From the IMG/VR virus record IMGVR_UViG_3300014208_000073, positions 1-40,765 of that record: a stretch of DNA of 40,765 nt; one strand, given 5' to 3'. Source of the DNA: a virus (taxonomy: Duplodnaviria > Caudoviricetes). The number at the start of each line of letters is the position of its first letter. Within the stretch, counting starts at the first letter, position 1. A program made the position numbers and the translations under genes. Positions 37,662 through 40,765 of the stretch are shown one piece after another. The notes under the pieces are model-generated. The model saw nothing but the letters and a program-made list of their open reading frames with translations. It was not told where the DNA came from and made no database searches.

Positions 37662-38369
37662 TTAGTCAGAATAAGGTGTGACTGCTACATAATACCGTTT
37701 AATTCTGAAGTCTTCATTGCCTAATTCTTCTTTAGATTTTTTTGTTCCTTGTAGCTTATTCCGCCATTCCATCGGCGTTGTGACTTCGCCGGTTTCAATA
37801 TCGATCAACTCAAAACCATGAATACGGCTAAAATAAAAAGTTCTAATCTCTTTTCGCAAATGACAATAACCTTTGAATTTATCGCCTATTTTTCCTGTTA
37901 TAACATCAACTGTTCTTTCAGTAATATTGCCATCAAAATCGCGATATTTAAATTGCACTGTCCCGTATATGTCCTTTTCTTTAGGTTCATGTTTAACCTT
38001 AAATAGAGATTTCACATTATTTATTTTGCTAGGTTGATATTCAGGTAATTTAAAATCGTTTAGTCGCGGCCCATTCCAGGAAAACCAGCTACCTTGCTCT
38101 TTAGCAAATTTATTAGCGCGGCTAAAACAAAAATATATAAACCATCCAACAACATAAACTATCAATATCCCCTCTGCGCCAGGCTTACCGTCGTGACTTT
38201 TAAAAATAACGTCGACAATAGCTACAGGTATAATTACAACCTCAAAAAAGCCCCGGAAAAATCCAATAAATTTGCGAAAAAAACCTTTATTTTCTGGAAC
38301 AAATTTACGGCGCAACAAATAAGCGACCACCATCAAAAAAATAAATGTAAATGCCTCGGTATTGCTCAC
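37662..38369 (-). CDS. Membrane protein with C-terminal WYL-like domain
   Basis: About three hydrophobic segments, then FKYRD.DG.ITER.V...GYCHLR.E.RTF..SRI; AGGAGG RBS before GTG at 38369. Confidence 0.8.
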   Translation of the reverse strand: MSNTEAFTFIFLMVVAYLLRRKFVPENKGFFRKFIGFFRGFFEVVIIPVAIVDVIFKSHDGKPGAEGILIVYVVGWFIYFCFSRANKFAKEQGSWFSWNGPRLNDFKLPEYQPSKINNVKSLFKVKHEPKEKDIYGTVQFKYRDFDGNITERTVDVITGKIGDKFKGYCHLRKEIRTFYFSRIHGFELIDIETGEVTTPMEWRNKLQGTKKSKEELGNEDFRIKRYYVAVTPYSD

Positions 38370-38383
38370 ATCAACCTCCTCAG

Positions 38384-38412
38384 TTGACAAATTAAAAAAA
38401 TACAACTAATCT
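38384..38412 (+). promoter_or_regulatory. Sigma70 promoter of C4-like cassette 2
   Basis: TTGACA-17 bp-TAATCT. Confidence 0.75.
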
Positions 38413-38419
38413 AATCACG

Positions 38420-38505
38420 CTCTCGCAAAAAACGAGAGTCGGGGTTAGTAGCCCGATCAAGCAAAGGCGCTGTAGCTATGCGCCGCCCGGTTCATGGCTT
38501 TTTTT
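38420..38505 (+). promoter_or_regulatory. C4 target leader (b1/a1) with terminator/antiterminator, cassette 2
   Basis: TTAGTAG 38445-38451; GCAAAGG 38461-38467; hairpin plus T tract 38474-38505. Confidence 0.7.
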
Positions 38506-38522
38506 ATGCCCTCACATTTATT

Positions 38523-38604
38523 ATGGTGGGTGGTGTATTGGGGAGCCGCGAGGCTCGCCGGGTCCTTTGCCCCGGTCTACTAACCCGATACATCATCCAC
38601 CACC
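38523..38604 (+). ncRNA. C4-like antisense RNA, copy 2
   Basis: Same scaffold as copy 1 with a compensatory C-G to T-A stem change; recognition elements CCTTTGC (38564-38570) and CTACTAA (38577-38583). Confidence 0.85.
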
Positions 38605-38656
38605 ATGAGTTTAGTAGCTCCGGTCGGTGGTTTAAACCACAGTAAAGGAGTCACCC

Positions 38657-38797
38657 ATGAACACGCTTTTAACCTGGCTACAGTCCGTAGCACCACAACA
38701 CAAAATCCCCGTCCGTCTGTTCCAAATCCGCTATCAACGCGCTAAACGAGTGTGTCGCGCCCTGCTGTTACCCCCTGCTTTAACTCGGGAGGTGTAA
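38657..38797 (+). CDS. 46-aa protein in the icd/kil position of cassette 2 (not in ORF track)
   Basis: MNTLLTWLQSVAPQHKIPVRLFQIRYQRAKRVCRALLLPPALTREV; AAGGAG RBS overlaps target GTAAAGG. Confidence 0.75.
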   Translation: MNTLLTWLQSVAPQHKIPVRLFQIRYQRAKRVCRALLLPPALTREV

Positions 38798-38798
38798 C

Positions 38799-39584
38799 AT
38801 GGCCTCAAAATCAGCCTCATCCGGCGTGAAAGATATTGACCTCAACCAAATCCAAGGTAATGTCATCGTTCAACCCAAGTTAGACGGCCTTCGAGTCACT
38901 TGGAACAAAGACACCGCTCAGCTCTATACCCGTAACGGTAATGTGATCACCAGTTGCGACCACATCATCGCCGAGATTTACGCGCTAGGCCTGCAAAACC
39001 AGCCGCTAGACGGCGAGATTTACGCGACCGCGCTCCCGTTTGAAACGATTAACGGGCTGGTGCGTAAGCAACAGCCGGAAGCTGACACTTTAAAGCTGCA
39101 ATATCACTTGTTTGATGTCATCAACGGCCAATCGGCCACCGACAGGGCCAAGTGGTTACAGTGCATCAAGCCGTCAGCTATTATCAAGCCGGTTGCCACG
39201 TTCTTTACTACTCACTCTAAGCTGCAAGAGCTTTACCAATGTTTTCTGGATAGCGGCTGCGAAGGTATGATTATTCGCGATCCTAACTCTACTGCGGTTT
39301 ACCGCGTTAAACCGGTGCAAGATATGGAAGCCACGCTGATTGGGTTTCAGCCAACGACCAGTCTTGCCCATCAGCACTCTTTCGGTTCGCTGATTTTGCA
39401 ACTACCCAGCGGCAAAACCTTTAAATGCGCGGGCTTCTCTGAGGCTCAGCGTCACCAGTTGTGGCAACAACAACCGCTAGGCCAGTTGGTCACTATTCTT
39501 TTTAAAGGCTTAACAGCAAACGGTATCCCGCGTGAGCCGCGCTTTAAAGCCATCCGTCACGACATCGCAGGAGTAGCAGCATGA
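38799..39584 (+). CDS. Minimal ATP-dependent DNA ligase
   Basis: Motifs I (QPKLDG), III (LDGEI), IIIa (YHLFD), IV (EGMIIR), V (RVKP), OB-fold ending PREPRF. Confidence 0.9.
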   Translation: MASKSASSGVKDIDLNQIQGNVIVQPKLDGLRVTWNKDTAQLYTRNGNVITSCDHIIAEIYALGLQNQPLDGEIYATALPFETINGLVRKQQPEADTLKLQYHLFDVINGQSATDRAKWLQCIKPSAIIKPVATFFTTHSKLQELYQCFLDSGCEGMIIRDPNSTAVYRVKPVQDMEATLIGFQPTTSLAHQHSFGSLILQLPSGKTFKCAGFSEAQRHQLWQQQPLGQLVTILFKGLTANGIPREPRFKAIRHDIAGVAA

Positions 39585-40138
39585 GCCATCAACTTAAAAC
39601 CCTGGCCAACCCGTTCCAGTTTGCCGAACTTGATGTTCGCACCGCTACCGATGAGAACAGCGAAGTTTGGTTCTGTGCTAAAGATGTTTGCGCGGCGCTC
39701 GACATTTCTTGGTCAAGTGCTACCCTAGAAAACATGCCTGACAACTGGTTAATGGTGATGAAACTTATCACCATTCAAGGCGAAAGAGACGCCTATTTCA
39801 TCAACGAAGCGGGCCTTTATCACCTGATCTTCCGCTCTAACAAACCCAAGGCCAAAGACTTCGCCAACTGGGTTTGTGAAACCGTACTGCCCGAGATCCG
39901 CAAAACCGGATTTTTCGGCACTATCAGTATCAAAGACCAAATCAGTATCTCCAAACAGGTCGAAAGCCTGTCCCTACAAATCATAATGACCAAGAATGCG
40001 TTTGTAAGGAAAATCCTACAAGACCAACTGCGCCGACTCTGCAACATAATCAACCAACCGATCCCACCAACCGAGTGGATCGCGCTGAACCATGACCAAG
40101 TTGACCTGTTCGACAGCCCACAAGCTAAACTAACCTAA
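39581..40138 (+). CDS. Bro-N domain antirepressor-like protein
   Basis: WFCAKDVC.AL, INEAGLY.LIFRS.KPKAK.F..WV...VLP.IRKTG. Confidence 0.92.
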   Translation: MSHQLKTLANPFQFAELDVRTATDENSEVWFCAKDVCAALDISWSSATLENMPDNWLMVMKLITIQGERDAYFINEAGLYHLIFRSNKPKAKDFANWVCETVLPEIRKTGFFGTISIKDQISISKQVESLSLQIIMTKNAFVRKILQDQLRRLCNIINQPIPPTEWIALNHDQVDLFDSPQAKLT

Positions 40139-40148
40139 GGAGCGAACG

Positions 40149-40298
40149 ATGACAGAAGAACAAGAACAACTCATCCACGCACTAAAGGGCGCAGCTGACG
40201 GCATCAGTGCCTCAGTAGAGCAGCAGACCATCACACCCATACAGATCTACTGCCTGCTTAATCTCCTGATCAAACAACTGGCCGAAACACTCCACTAA
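40149..40298 (+). CDS. 49-aa protein, paralog of 11851-12027 (not in ORF track)
   Basis: MTEEQEQLIHALKGAADGISASVEQQTITPIQIYCLLNLLIKQLAETLH; AAGGAG RBS. Confidence 0.7.
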   Translation: MTEEQEQLIHALKGAADGISASVEQQTITPIQIYCLLNLLIKQLAETLH

Positions 40299-40411
40299 CC
40301 ACCAACAGCCGGGCTAATCGCCCGGCATTCCCCCTGAACAACCGCCATCCAGCCGCCACACCAGCAGCTGCCATACCACAAACCAAAGATACCACCACCC
40401 CCGCCAAAAAT

Positions 40412-40460
40412 CACTCCTCCTCACCCGCGCGGTTTTTGCGAAAAAAAATTTCACTGAAAT
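40412..40460. other. Candidate cos/packaging site
   Basis: Reverse strand GGGTGAGGAGGAGTG loosely resembles the P2 cos start GGCGAGGCGGGG; noncoding and close to att, as in HP1. Confidence 0.4.
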
Positions 40461-40642
40461 AAATTTTGAAACGAAGGATATCGATGATGCGGCGCAGTTA
40501 CTAATTGTCGACAGTATTAAAACGAAGACTGGGAATGGCAATTATTGAAATGACTGGACGATTATTGACACCTAACAACCGCCAATTATCGCCATTTTTA
40601 TTTTGAGATATTGATTTTTACTATTAAAACCAATGATTTATG

Positions 40643-40665
40643 TGGCGGAGAGTGAGGGATTCGAA
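40643..40665. repeat. att core, right junction (within tRNA-Ser)
   Basis: Identical to 330-352. Confidence 0.95.
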
Positions 40666-40734
40666 CCCTCGATGGGCGATAAAACCCATACTCCCTTAGC
40701 AGGGGAGCGCCTTCAGCCTCTCGGCCAACTCTCC
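40643..40734 (-). tRNA. tRNA-Ser(GCT)
   Basis: GGAGAGTTGGCCGAG...CTCCC-CT-GCT-AA-GGGAG anticodon arm, long variable arm, GGTTCGAATCC, 3' GCCA. Confidence 0.97.
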
Positions 40735-40765
40735 AAACAGAAATGATATATCCCTTAATTTACAA

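Larger units (their letters stand above)
330..40665. mobile_element. HP1/K139-type (P2-related) temperate prophage integrated at tRNA-Ser(GCT)
   Basis: Bounded by a 23-bp direct repeat; contains integrase, repressor, replicase, ogr, portal, terminase, capsid and contractile tail genes in HP1-like order. Confidence 0.95.

Noticed and set aside
36722-38369. MTase plus convergent gene as a type II restriction-modification pair
   Set aside because: The convergent protein is TM-WYL with no recognisable nuclease motif
1-40765. CRISPR array or IS element
   Set aside because: No regularly spaced repeats with unique spacers and no transposase ORF found

Overview
Nearly the whole window (about 330-40665) is one apparently intact temperate myovirus prophage of the HP1/K139-type, P2-related group. 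It is integrated in the 3' end of a tRNA-Ser(GCT) gene (40643-40734, minus strand), with a 23-bp att core duplicated at 330-352. Gene order: tyrosine integrase; an iteron-rich nested inverted repeat (likely origin); a CI-like/Cro-like switch; an early operon (antirepressor, LuxR-HTH, thyA, DUF3310, an 881-aa zinc-finger/TOPRIM/helicase replicase in place of P2 gpA, a MazG-like protein, two HNH proteins); ogr, portal and terminase; head and contractile-tail genes with an atypical lysis cassette; a Com + DNA methyltransferase pair; and an AT-rich accessory region (hicAB, BRCT fragment, Dam-type MTase, membrane-WYL protein). The strongest signal outside the ORF track is two paralogous P1-C4/P4-CI-like antisense RNA cassettes (about 11436-12027 and 38384-40298). 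They share a scaffold, but their recognition heptamers differ and each RNA has co-varied with its own four target sites, so they look like two orthogonal RNA switches in one phage. The second controls an ATP-dependent DNA ligase and a Bro-N antirepressor. All family assignments are by-eye motif recognition; no database searches were run. The host is probably a gammaproteobacterium, possibly Methylococcaceae, judged only from the REP types (inference).
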